Shown here: in pieces, positions 9,058 through 17,650 of the stretch | Numbering within the stretch: the stretch's first letter is position 1 | Layout: each line of letters opens with the position of its first letter | Origin: Pseudomonadota bacterium | GTDB lineage: Bacteria > Pseudomonadota > Alphaproteobacteria > Micavibrionales > CSBR16-224 | NCBI GenBank assembly: GCA_051745265.1 | Contig: JBNJDW010000002.1 | Coordinates: 1-32,644, forward strand | Direction: 5' to 3' | Length of the DNA stretch: 32,644 nucleotides | Translations under genes and position numbers: made by a program | The notes under the pieces: model-generated | The model's database searches: none | What the model saw: the letters and a program-made list of their open reading frames with translations, nothing else | Told to the model about the DNA's origin: nothing

Positions 9058-12000
9058 TCATCTGAAAGATCCGTCCACCAGTATTGCCGCCAGAATTATT
9101 GACTGGTCGGTTAATAACCGTTTTTTTGTAATATTGGGGGCGCTGGCCTTATTGGCCGCGGGGCTTTTGTCACTGGATAAAACACCGCTGGATGCGATCC
9201 CGGATCTGTCGGATACGCAAGTGATTATCCGGACGGAATGGCCGGGGCAGGCCCCGCAGGTGGTCGAGGATCAAGTCACTTTTCCCTTATCAACACAGAT
9301 GTTATCGGTGCCCAAAACCAAAGCGGTGCGCGGCTATTCGATGTTTGGCACCAGTTTTGTCTATATCGTTTTTGAAGATGATGTTGATATGTACTGGGCC
9401 CGCAGCCGGGTGCTGGAATCCTTATCGCAGGTCAGGGGAACATTGCCTGAAGGCACGGCACCGGCCCTTGGCCCCGATGCGACGGGTGTTGGCTGGGTGT
9501 TTCAATATGCCTTATATGACCGGACGGGTCAGCATGATCTGGCGGATTTGCGCAGTCTGCAGGACTGGTTTATCCGCTATGAACTGGCCACGGTTGAGGG
9601 TGTGGCTGAAATTGCCTCTGTCGGCGGTTTTGTTAAAGAATATCAGGTAAAAATTGATCCCAATAAGCTGCGGGCCTTTGATGTTGGTTTGCAGCGTGTG
9701 ATCGATGCGGTGCGCAGCGCCAATCAGGAAACCGGTGGCCGAACATTGGAAATGGCCGAGAGCGAATATATGATCCGCTCCCTCGGTTATATTGAAGCCC
9801 CCGAAGATTTGCGGCAGGTGGTTTTAAAAAGTGATCAGGGCGTTCCCATCACCGTGGGTGATGTCGCCCGGGTGGTCGAAGGCCCGGCACTGCGCCGCGG
9901 CATTGCCGAGCTGAATGGCATGGGCGAAGCTGTTGGCGGCATCGTTGTCATGCGCCCCGGATCGAATGCCCCGCAGGTGATTGACGATGTTAAAGCCCGG
10001 CTTGAAACTATAAAACAAGGCCTGCCCGAAGGGGTCGAAATTAAAACCGTTTATGACCGCAGCGAACTGATTAAAGGCGCGGTCGGTTATCTGCAAGGCA
10101 AATTGATTGAAGAGGGGCTGATCGTCGCCTTTATCACATTGCTGTTTTTACTGCATATCCGCAGCATGCTGGTGGCGATTATCACCATCCCGCTGGGGAT
10201 TCTGGCGGCTTTTGTCGTTATGTCACTGCAGGGCATTACGGTGAATATTATGTCGCTGGGCGGGATTGCCATTGCCATTGGTACGATGGTCGATGCCTCG
10301 CTGGTGATGGTTGAAAATACCCATTATCGTTTATCGGCCTTGTCCAAAAATGCCGGACAAAAAGAACGGCGGGCGGCGATGATGGCGGCGATGAAAGAGG
10401 TCGGGCCGGGATTATTCTTTTCCCTGTTGATTATCACAGTGTCTTTCCTGCCGGTCTTTGCCTTGACCGGACAATCAGCGCGGTTGTTTTCACCGCTGGC
10501 CTATACCAACATTTATGCGATGGCAGCGGCCAGCCTGTTGGCTGTGACGTTAGTGCCGGTGCTGGTGATGTATCTGGTCCGTGGCCGTATCCGGCGTGAG
10601 GATGAAAATCCGCTTAACCGTTTTCTGGCCTTTTTGTATAAACCGGCCTTAAATCTGGTGCTGCGCTGGCGCGGGCTGACGGTTATTATTGCGCTTATCG
10701 TACTGGTCAGCACCGCCTTACCGCTGAAGAAACTGGGCAGTGAATTCATGCCGCCGCTTTATGAGGGGGGCTTATTATATATGCCGATGACATTGCCCGG
10801 CGTCTCAACGGCCAAGGCGCGGGAAATTCTGCAGGTGACCAATCGTCAACTGATGACTGTTCCTGAAGTCGAACATGTTTTCGGTAAGGCGGGGCGCTCG
10901 GATTCAGCGACTGATCCGGCGCCGCTGGCAATGATTGAAACCTGGGTTGAATTAAAGCCAAGATCCGAATGGCGGCCGGGCATGACCCCTGAAAAACTGA
11001 TTGCCGATATGAATAAACGGGTCAGCCTGCCGGGGATGATGAACAGCTGGGGCTATCCGATTAAAATCCGTCTTGATATGCTGACAACCGGTATTCGGAC
11101 ACCTGTGGGGATCAAGATCGCTGGCGATGATCTGGATGTTATTGATCAGATCGCCAAAGATGTTGAAACTCAGGCCCGTGATGTTCCGGGGACGCGCAGC
11201 GCCATTGCTGACCGGGTTGTCGGCGGTAAATACATCGAAATCGACCCCAAACGCCGTGAAATTGCCCGCCACGGGCTGGCGCTGGCCACGGTCCAGCAGG
11301 TGATCCAGACCGCCATGGGCGGTATGGCCCTTGATCAGGCGATTGAGGGGCGGGAGCGTTATCCGATTATGCTGCGTTATGACCGGCCCTTCCGCGAACA
11401 TATTTCTGATCTGGACAATATTCTGGTACCGACCCCGGCGGGGGCGCATATTCCGCTGGCCGATCTGGCGGAAATCCGCATTGCGGATGGTCCGGCGATG
11501 ATTAAATCCGAAGATGCGCGGCTGAATGGCTGGGTGTTTGTGGATATTGAAGACCGTGATCTCGGGTCTTTTGTTGCCGAGCTTCAGACTGAACTTGCCG
11601 CACTGGAACTGCCGCAGGGTTACAGCCTTAAAATTTCCGGCCAGTTTGAACAGATGCAGGACGCCAATGAAAGGCTGCGCATTGCCATTCCGGCAACGCT
11701 GTTTATCATTCTGACGCTTTTATATATACATTACGGGCGCTGGGATCGGCCCTTACTGATTATCACGGCTGTGCCTTTTGCTGTGACCGGCGGTATCTGG
11801 TTTATATGGCTGGGCGGTTATAACCTGTCGGTGGCGGTTGCGGTTGGCTTTATTGCGTTGGCCGGGGTTGCCGTAGAAACGGCGATCGTCACGATATTGT
11901 TTATTGATCAGCGTATGCGTGAAAATCCGCCAAAACTGCAAAGCGATCTGCTCGACAATGTCCGCTGGGGGGCTTTGTCGCGCTTGCGGCCCAATCTGAT

Positions 12001-12208
12001 GACGGCCTTGACGATTATTCTGGGCCTGTTGCCGATCTTTATTGTTGAAGGTCCGGGGTCGGATGTCATGCGGCGGATTGCCCTGCCTATGGTTGGCGGT
12101 ATGGCCAGTGCCCTGATCATGTCGCTTATTCTGTTGCCGGTTTTATATGCGGTCTATTTACAATGGAAGCTTAAACTGCCCGCGACAACAGAAAAGGCCA
12201 AGAGCTGA
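9044..12208 (+). CDS. cusA: Heavy-metal efflux RND pump, CusA family (Cu/Ag type)
   Basis: 1054 aa with 12-TM RND architecture. The TM4 signature GGIAIAIGTMVDASLVMVEN matches the Cu/Ag (HME4) pattern seen in E. coli CusA (GIAIAVGAMVDAAIVMIEN). It is operonic with the cusB-like gene. Confidence 0.92.
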   Translation: MTSTDHLKDPSTSIAARIIDWSVNNRFFVILGALALLAAGLLSLDKTPLDAIPDLSDTQVIIRTEWPGQAPQVVEDQVTFPLSTQMLSVPKTKAVRGYSMFGTSFVYIVFEDDVDMYWARSRVLESLSQVRGTLPEGTAPALGPDATGVGWVFQYALYDRTGQHDLADLRSLQDWFIRYELATVEGVAEIASVGGFVKEYQVKIDPNKLRAFDVGLQRVIDAVRSANQETGGRTLEMAESEYMIRSLGYIEAPEDLRQVVLKSDQGVPITVGDVARVVEGPALRRGIAELNGMGEAVGGIVVMRPGSNAPQVIDDVKARLETIKQGLPEGVEIKTVYDRSELIKGAVGYLQGKLIEEGLIVAFITLLFLLHIRSMLVAIITIPLGILAAFVVMSLQGITVNIMSLGGIAIAIGTMVDASLVMVENTHYRLSALSKNAGQKERRAAMMAAMKEVGPGLFFSLLIITVSFLPVFALTGQSARLFSPLAYTNIYAMAAASLLAVTLVPVLVMYLVRGRIRREDENPLNRFLAFLYKPALNLVLRWRGLTVIIALIVLVSTALPLKKLGSEFMPPLYEGGLLYMPMTLPGVSTAKAREILQVTNRQLMTVPEVEHVFGKAGRSDSATDPAPLAMIETWVELKPRSEWRPGMTPEKLIADMNKRVSLPGMMNSWGYPIKIRLDMLTTGIRTPVGIKIAGDDLDVIDQIAKDVETQARDVPGTRSAIADRVVGGKYIEIDPKRREIARHGLALATVQQVIQTAMGGMALDQAIEGRERYPIMLRYDRPFREHISDLDNILVPTPAGAHIPLADLAEIRIADGPAMIKSEDARLNGWVFVDIEDRDLGSFVAELQTELAALELPQGYSLKISGQFEQMQDANERLRIAIPATLFIILTLLYIHYGRWDRPLLIITAVPFAVTGGIWFIWLGGYNLSVAVAVGFIALAGVAVETAIVTILFIDQRMRENPPKLQSDLLDNVRWGALSRLRPNLMTALTIILGLLPIFIVEGPGSDVMRRIALPMVGGMASALIMSLILLPVLYAVYLQWKLKLPATTEKAKS

Positions 12209-12215
12209 GTAAAAG

Positions 12216-12254
12216 AAAAGGCCGGCACAGATTATCCCGTGCCGGCCTTTTTAT
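12216..12254. terminator. Bidirectional rho-independent terminator between convergent cusA and aminotransferase genes
   Basis: GGCCGGCAC (12220-12228) pairs perfectly with GTGCCGGCC (12239-12247) across a 10-nt loop. An A-run lies upstream (AAAAGAAAA) and a T-run downstream (TTTTTATTT). Confidence 0.75.
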
Positions 12255-12272
12255 TTAGCAGAGTCTGGATGC

Positions 12273-13682
12273 TTAGGCGGCATCCCAGACTTTTTCGCGG
12301 ATCAGTTCATCTGAAACACGGTCGATGGCGGTTTTGGCTTTACCAACAATAGTATCAACGTCTTCTTTGGTGATACACAGCGGTGGAGAGAAGCCAAGAA
12401 TATCGCCATGCGGCATAGCGCGGGCAATCATGCCTTCTTCCAGGCAGGCGTTTGATATGCGGGCACCGACTTTCAGTGTTTTATCAAAGCATTCCTTGGT
12501 GTCCCGGTTGGCGACAAATTCAATGGCTGCCATCATACCAACGCCGCGGACTTCACCGACCAATGGGTTCTGGGCAAAGGTTTCCTGCATGCGCTGCTGA
12601 AGATAACCACCGACATCGCGGGAGTTACCGGGCAGGTCTTCACGCTCAACAATATCCAGTACGGCATTTGCGGCCGCAGCGCCAAGCGGATGGCCTGTAT
12701 AGGTGTAACCATGCGGGAACATACCGGCGACATCGGAGCCCTGTTTCAGCACATCGCTGACTTTCTTGGAGACAATCGCCCCGGACAGCGGCACATAAGC
12801 ACTGGTCAGGCCTTTGGCAATGGTGATCAGGTCAGGTTCGATGTTGTATTTGGTGGCACCGAACATTTCACCTGTGCGGCCAAAGCCGGTGATGACTTCA
12901 TCACAGATCAGCAGGATGTCGTATTTCTTCAGGACCGGCTGGATGGCTTCCCAGTAGCCTTCCGGTGGCGGGGTGATGCCGCCTGTACCCAGAACCGGTT
13001 CAGCAATAAAGCCGCCGATTGTATCCGGGCCTTCGGCCAGAATCATGTCTTCGAGTTCCTGTGCCCGGCGCTTGGAGAATTCAAGCTCGGTCTCACCCGG
13101 TTTGGCATTGTGGTAATAATGCGGTGATCCGGTATGCAGGATCGGTTTGGTCGGCTGATCAAACAGCGTGTGATAGATCGGCAGACCGGTCAGGCTGCCT
13201 GAAATGATTGACGAGCCGTGATAGCCGCGTTCGCGGGAAATTATCTTTTTCTTTTCCGGCTTGCCGATGACATTGTGATAATACCAGACCAGCTTGACTT
13301 GCGTTTCGTTGGCGTCTGAACCGGACATGCCGTAGAAAATGCGCTCCATATTGCCGGGGGCCATTTTACAAATGCGTTCTGACAGGCGGATGATCGGCTC
13401 ATTCGATTGCTGGGCATAGGTGTGGCAATAGGCCAGATCCTTGGCCTGCTTGTAGATAGCATCAGCCACTTCTTCGCGGCCATACCCGATATTCATGCAA
13501 TACAGACCGGCAAAGGCATCAATCAGATTTTTGCCGTTATAATCCTGAATATTCATGCCCTTACCACCGGCAAGAATACGGGGATCGCCGGTTTTGCCTT
13601 CGGAATAATCTTTCAGGACGGTGAACGGGTGAAGTACGTGGTCTTTATCGGCTTGGGCCAGTTTTTCGAAATCAGATGTCAT
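12273..13682 (-). CDS. Class-III (omega) aminotransferase, DoeD/Atf-like (diaminobutyrate or omega-amino acid transaminase)
   Basis: 469 aa with PLP fold-type I class III features: GSDANETQ, the ICDEVITGFGRTG motif, and a Schiff-base Lys in the context DLITIAKGLTSAY. It lies 41 nt downstream of the aldehyde dehydrogenase gene and has the SD AAGGAA. Confidence 0.85.
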   Translation of the reverse strand: MTSDFEKLAQADKDHVLHPFTVLKDYSEGKTGDPRILAGGKGMNIQDYNGKNLIDAFAGLYCMNIGYGREEVADAIYKQAKDLAYCHTYAQQSNEPIIRLSERICKMAPGNMERIFYGMSGSDANETQVKLVWYYHNVIGKPEKKKIISRERGYHGSSIISGSLTGLPIYHTLFDQPTKPILHTGSPHYYHNAKPGETELEFSKRRAQELEDMILAEGPDTIGGFIAEPVLGTGGITPPPEGYWEAIQPVLKKYDILLICDEVITGFGRTGEMFGATKYNIEPDLITIAKGLTSAYVPLSGAIVSKKVSDVLKQGSDVAGMFPHGYTYTGHPLGAAAANAVLDIVEREDLPGNSRDVGGYLQQRMQETFAQNPLVGEVRGVGMMAAIEFVANRDTKECFDKTLKVGARISNACLEEGMIARAMPHGDILGFSPPLCITKEDVDTIVGKAKTAIDRVSDELIREKVWDAA

Positions 13683-13723
13683 GTTGTTTTCCTTTTCTCT
13701 CTCTTCTCTTTTGTGTGTTGATG

Positions 13724-15220
13724 TTACGCCCTGGCGTCAAGATTGCCAAGACAGATATATTTAATTTCCATGTAATCATCGAGGCCGTAATGCGATCCTT
13801 CACGACCCAGCCCGGATTGCTTGAAACCGCCAAACGGGATGGCAGATCCGGTGAATTTTGGCGTGTTCACGCCGACCATGCCGTAATCAAGCGCATTGCT
13901 GACACGGTGGCACCGGCCAATGTCATTGCTGTAGACATAGGCGGCAAGCCCGTATTCGCTGTCATTGGCCGCTTTTATCACATCGGCTTCATCAGAAAAA
14001 CGTATCAGCGCGGCGACCGGGCCGAAGGTTTCTTCGTGATAGATTTTCATCTCGGGCGTGACATCGCCAAGGACGGTGGCTTTGTAAAACAGCCCGCCTT
14101 TTTCATGGCGTTCGCCGCCGGTCAAAAGTTTGGCGCCTTTATCAAGCGCATCTTTGACATGTTCTTCGCATTTCAAAACGGCGCTTTCATTCATCAGCGG
14201 CCCCAGATCAGCGCCCTCGACAAGCCCGTCATCCATTTTCATTGCGGCTGTACCGGCGGTGAATTTTTCTGCAAATTCATCATAGATCGCGTCATGGACA
14301 TAGATGCGGTTGGCGGCAAGGCAGTCCTGCCCCGTGGTTGCGAATTTTGCGCCGATGGCACCCGGGATCACCAGATCCATATCACAGTCATCAAAAGCAA
14401 TAAACGGTGCATGACCGCCCAGCTCCATCGACATTTTCTTGACCGTATCGGCAGATTGTTTCAACAGAATACGGCCAACTTCGGTTGAGCCGGTAAAGCT
14501 GATCTTGCGGACTGTTGTGCTGTCACACAGGGTGCCGCCGATCGTCGGGCCATCACCGGTGATGACGGAGAATACGCCTTTGGGTACGCCGGCCTGCTCG
14601 CCCAGCACCGCAAGGGCCAGTGCCGAATACGGTGTTTCAGAGGCCGGACGGACAACCATGGTACAGCCGGCGGCCAGCGCCGCGCCGGCTTTGCGGGTGA
14701 TCATCGCCGATGGAAAATTCCATGGCGTGATGGCAGCGGTAACACCGACGGGATGTTTACTGACCAGCATTTGAGAATGTTGAAGATGGGTTGGGATGGT
14801 ATCGCCATAGGCGCGTTTGGCTTCCTCACCAAACCATTCAAAGAAGCTTAAGGCATAGTCAACCTCACCGCGGGATTCATTTAACGGCTTGCCTTGCTCC
14901 AGCGTCATAATCAGGGCGAGGTCTTCTTTGTTATCAAGCATCAGATCTGCCCAGCGGCGCAGGATACGGCCACGGTCTTTGGCCAGCATTGTCGACCAGT
15001 CTGCAAAGGCATCATCGGCGGCCTTGATGGCGTCTTCCGTTTCCGTCTTGCCAAAATCGGGCACCTGTCCCAGCAGGCTACCGTCAGACGGATTGGTCAC
15101 ATCGATTGCTTTTGCGCCTGTTTTCCATTGGCCATTGATATAAGCGGCTTCGCGGAAGAGGGCCTTGTTTTTAATAAGGTCAACCAGATTTACGGTCTCC
15201 GTTTTCTTGTGCGTTTGCAT
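13724..15220 (-). CDS. NAD(P)-dependent aldehyde dehydrogenase, succinate-semialdehyde dehydrogenase (GabD)/DoeC-like
   Basis: 498 aa. ALDH motifs are present: PWNFP, FTGST, the catalytic Glu in MELGG, the catalytic Cys in GQDCLAANR, and EETFGP. Confidence 0.9.
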   Translation of the reverse strand: MQTHKKTETVNLVDLIKNKALFREAAYINGQWKTGAKAIDVTNPSDGSLLGQVPDFGKTETEDAIKAADDAFADWSTMLAKDRGRILRRWADLMLDNKEDLALIMTLEQGKPLNESRGEVDYALSFFEWFGEEAKRAYGDTIPTHLQHSQMLVSKHPVGVTAAITPWNFPSAMITRKAGAALAAGCTMVVRPASETPYSALALAVLGEQAGVPKGVFSVITGDGPTIGGTLCDSTTVRKISFTGSTEVGRILLKQSADTVKKMSMELGGHAPFIAFDDCDMDLVIPGAIGAKFATTGQDCLAANRIYVHDAIYDEFAEKFTAGTAAMKMDDGLVEGADLGPLMNESAVLKCEEHVKDALDKGAKLLTGGERHEKGGLFYKATVLGDVTPEMKIYHEETFGPVAALIRFSDEADVIKAANDSEYGLAAYVYSNDIGRCHRVSNALDYGMVGVNTPKFTGSAIPFGGFKQSGLGREGSHYGLDDYMEIKYICLGNLDARA

Positions 15221-15308
15221 AGGGGCCTCTTTTTCTTTTGATCGTTTTCTAATGCAAGGAGTGTGTCACAAATAATACAAAAAATCTCACTGAACATCAG
15301 CCATATTA

Positions 15309-15354
15309 CCGCATATAATTCGGTAATATAGATTTTCTATAGAATTATATGCGG
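15309..15354. promoter_or_regulatory. 46-nt compound palindrome (13-bp perfect inverted repeat with nested 6-bp inverted repeat) between asnC stop and the dehydrogenase gene
   Basis: CCGCATATAATTC (15309-15321) pairs with GAATTATATGCGG (15342-15354). A nested pair TATAGA / TCTATA sits inside. It starts 10 nt past the AsnC stop codon. No U-run follows on the transcribed (minus) strand, so it is not a canonical terminator. Confidence 0.5.
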
Positions 15355-15363
15355 GGAATAGAC

Positions 15364-15849
15364 TTATGCGCTGTCAAAAAAGCGATCAACCGGATAGGGC
15401 GTTTTTTTAATCTGACGGGTGACAAAATAGGTGAAATAGCGGTCAATACCGGCATTGCTGTTCAGCAGCTGGTCCATCATCTGCTGGTAATGATTGATGT
15501 CATGCGAGATGAATTTGACAATATAATCAATGCCGCCGCCGACTGCATAGCACTCAATAATTTCGGGCAGTTTGATGACAACATTTTCAAAGCGCTGGAA
15601 GTCTTCCGAATGGTGCTTTTTCAAGGTGATTTCAACCATGATGGTTGAGTGAGGGGTGATTTTTTCAAAATCAATATCGGCAAGATAGCCGCGGATATAG
15701 CCTTCCTGATCCAGCTTTTTATGTCGTTCCAGACAGGCGCTGGGGGACAGGTTAACATGTTCGGCAAGCCGCTGATTGGTAAGGCGGCCATAGCGCTGTA
15801 AAGTTTCGATAATTTTAATATCTATTTTATCAAGCGCCATGGGCCGCAT
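15364..15849 (-). CDS. Lrp/AsnC family transcriptional regulator (DoeX-like position)
   Basis: 161 aa. The N-terminal HTH reads LDKIDIKIIETLQRYGRLTNQRLAEHVNLSPSACLERHKKLDQEGYIRGY, followed by a C-terminal RAM/AsnC_trans_reg domain. An alternative start is ATG 15840 (M4). Confidence 0.9.
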   Translation of the reverse strand: MRPMALDKIDIKIIETLQRYGRLTNQRLAEHVNLSPSACLERHKKLDQEGYIRGYLADIDFEKITPHSTIMVEITLKKHHSEDFQRFENVVIKLPEIIECYAVGGGIDYIVKFISHDINHYQQMMDQLLNSNAGIDRYFTYFVTRQIKKTPYPVDRFFDSA

Positions 15850-15859
15850 TTACTCCGTA

Positions 15860-16249
15860 TCAGTCATGGACAACATAGGCGCCGTCTTCGTCATGCACTT
15901 CCTGACCTGTAACCGGCGGGTTAAAGACACAGACCATGCGCATATGCGTGCCCTTGTTGGCGCGCAGAATATGGCGGTCATTCTTGTCCAGCGCATAAAT
16001 CGTTCCCACCGCAAGCGGGTGAATATCCCCCGTGGCCAGGTCTTCGATTTCGCCTTCGCCTTCTATCAGATAGACCGCTTCCAGATGGTGTTTGTACCAC
16101 ATGGTCAGCTCGGCGCCTTCTTTGATGATGGTGTCATGAACGGAATAGCCCATATTATCATCTCTTAACAATAAACGGCGGCTGTTCCAGCCTTCGGTAT
16201 CGACGTCTTTGTCTGTACCGATGATGTCTTCAAGTTTACGTACGAGCAT
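15860..16249 (-). CDS. ectC: EctC-type cupin (L-ectoine synthase family), solitary copy
   Basis: 129 aa. It is alignable end to end with canonical EctC as I recall it ([13 protein letters not shown]..., [18 protein letters not shown]-terminal [11 protein letters not shown]). Glu57, Tyr85 and His93 sit at the positions of the EctC iron ligands. SD AAGGA lies 6 nt upstream of the ATG. Confidence 0.85.
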   Translation of the reverse strand: MLVRKLEDIIGTDKDVDTEGWNSRRLLLRDDNMGYSVHDTIIKEGAELTMWYKHHLEAVYLIEGEGEIEDLATGDIHPLAVGTIYALDKNDRHILRANKGTHMRMVCVFNPPVTGQEVHDEDGAYVVHD

Positions 16250-16270
16250 GTTTTTTCCTTTTCTGTGTTT

Positions 16271-17467
16271 TTAGTCCTCTGAAGGCAGTGCGCTTTCGGC
16301 CAGATTGACCCAATATTGAACGCCGATGGGCAGAATATCGTCATTAAAGTCATAATACGGACTGTGAATTGAATAAGAAGACGAATGTTTCGGGTGATCC
16401 GGTTCGCCCTGACCAATGAATATAAAGGTACCGGGAACATCCCGAAGGAAGCTGCCGAAATCTTCACCTGACATAGACGGCGCGTAATGCATGTCAACAT
16501 TATCGGGGCCGACAATATTTGCGGCGGCCTTATGGGCAATTTCTGTCGTCTCTTCATGGTTAAAGACTTCGTCACTGTCACAGGTGACAACAACCGACGC
16601 ATTACCACCATGGGCCGAGGCAATATGCGTGCAAAGCGTACGGGTGCGCTGTTCAAGATAGCTGCGCAGGCCCGAGCTGAAGGTTCTAAGGACGCCTTTT
16701 AAGGTGACGGTTTCCGGCACAACCCCGGCATCATGCACCCCGGTTTCAAAAATCGGGAAGTAAATAGAGGCCGGTTCCATCGGATCCGTCGCTTGACTGA
16801 CCAGAGTCTGGATCGAGGTAATAATCTCACAACCGATAATCACCGGATCAATGGCACTGCTGAGTATGCCGGAATGCCCGGCTTTACCAATGATTGTGAC
16901 TTCAAGATAGGAGACAGCGGCCATCAGCCCGCCTTCACGCATGCCGAATTTGCCTTTGGAAATCCAGGGCCAGTTATGCATGCCGTAAATCTGGTCGCAG
17001 GGGAAATCTTCAAACAAGCCATCATTGATCATCCCCCGGGCGCCCATCAGTGTTTCTTCAGCAGGCTGAAAGATAAAATGGACCTTGCCGTCAAAATCGG
17101 GGTTATCTTTTAAATGTTTGGCTGCACCCAATAGCATTGTCATATGCCCGTCATGGCCGCAGGCGTGCATTTTGCCTTCGTGTTTTGATGTCCAGGTTTT
17201 GCCGGAATCTTCACTGATATCCAGCGCATCAAGGTCAGAGCGGAAGCCAATAGCCCGACCCGATTTGTTGGTTTTGCCTTCAACCGTGGCAATAAAGCCG
17301 GTCTGCGCATAGCCCGTCTTAAAATCGATGCCAAATTCCTTTAATTTTTCCTGGACGAATTTGGAGGCAAAGGTTTCCTCAAAGGCGGTTTCAGGGTGCC
17401 TGTGCAGCTCATGCCGCCACTCTATCATTTCGTCATGCAAGCTTTTGATTTCGTTACGTATCCGCAT
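16271..17467 (-). CDS. M20D-family amidohydrolase (N-acyl-amino-acid deacylase / hippurate hydrolase-like)
   Basis: The ORF track starts at 17551, but the family-typical N-terminus MRIRNEIKSLHDEMIEWRHELHRHPE begins at ATG 17467, giving 398 aa. The metal-binding motif MHACGHDGH and FQPAEE are present. Confidence 0.85.
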   Translation of the reverse strand: MRIRNEIKSLHDEMIEWRHELHRHPETAFEETFASKFVQEKLKEFGIDFKTGYAQTGFIATVEGKTNKSGRAIGFRSDLDALDISEDSGKTWTSKHEGKMHACGHDGHMTMLLGAAKHLKDNPDFDGKVHFIFQPAEETLMGARGMINDGLFEDFPCDQIYGMHNWPWISKGKFGMREGGLMAAVSYLEVTIIGKAGHSGILSSAIDPVIIGCEIITSIQTLVSQATDPMEPASIYFPIFETGVHDAGVVPETVTLKGVLRTFSSGLRSYLEQRTRTLCTHIASAHGGNASVVVTCDSDEVFNHEETTEIAHKAAANIVGPDNVDMHYAPSMSGEDFGSFLRDVPGTFIFIGQGEPDHPKHSSSYSIHSPYYDFNDDILPIGVQYWVNLAESALPSED

Positions 17468-17650
17468 CTTTTTTTGATCCTTGATGTTGGCGGTTATGCA
17501 ATAGAAGGAAATATCCCAGCACATATTATATCGACAAGGCGATAATGACAATTAATATCAGCAAAGAAGATGGCAAATATGTTGGAATACTCAAGATTCA
17601 TGTTATTTTACAGGTAATATCTCAAAGCCGGTTTTAAAGCGCAAAGGATA

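Noticed and set aside
10952-11449. 165-aa minus-strand ORF and other 60-100-aa ORFs within 9345-12120
   Set aside because: All lie inside the cusA coding region in other frames or on the other strand, and none has supporting motifs.
13683-13723. Polypyrimidine (CT-rich) tract TTTTCCTTTTCTCTCTCTTCTCTTTT
   Set aside because: I considered it as a repeat element. On the coding (minus) strand it is simply a purine-rich spacer containing the aminotransferase SD (AAGGAA). There is no evidence of more.
13676-14488. 270-aa plus-strand ORF, plus the ORFs at 14439-15241
   Set aside because: They are antisense to the aldehyde dehydrogenase gene, which has complete ALDH catalytic motifs. They are shadow ORFs.
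17468-17551. 28-codon N-terminal extension of the M20 amidohydrolase ORF
   Set aside because: The extension (MSLSPCRYNMCWDISFYCITANIKDQKK) is Cys-rich and unlike the family. The typical N-terminus begins at ATG 17467.
17552-17650. Search for a MerR/CueR-type operator (long-spacer promoter with dyad) upstream of copA
   Set aside because: I saw no convincing dyad symmetry or 19-20-bp-spacer promoter, and no cueR-like gene is present in the window.
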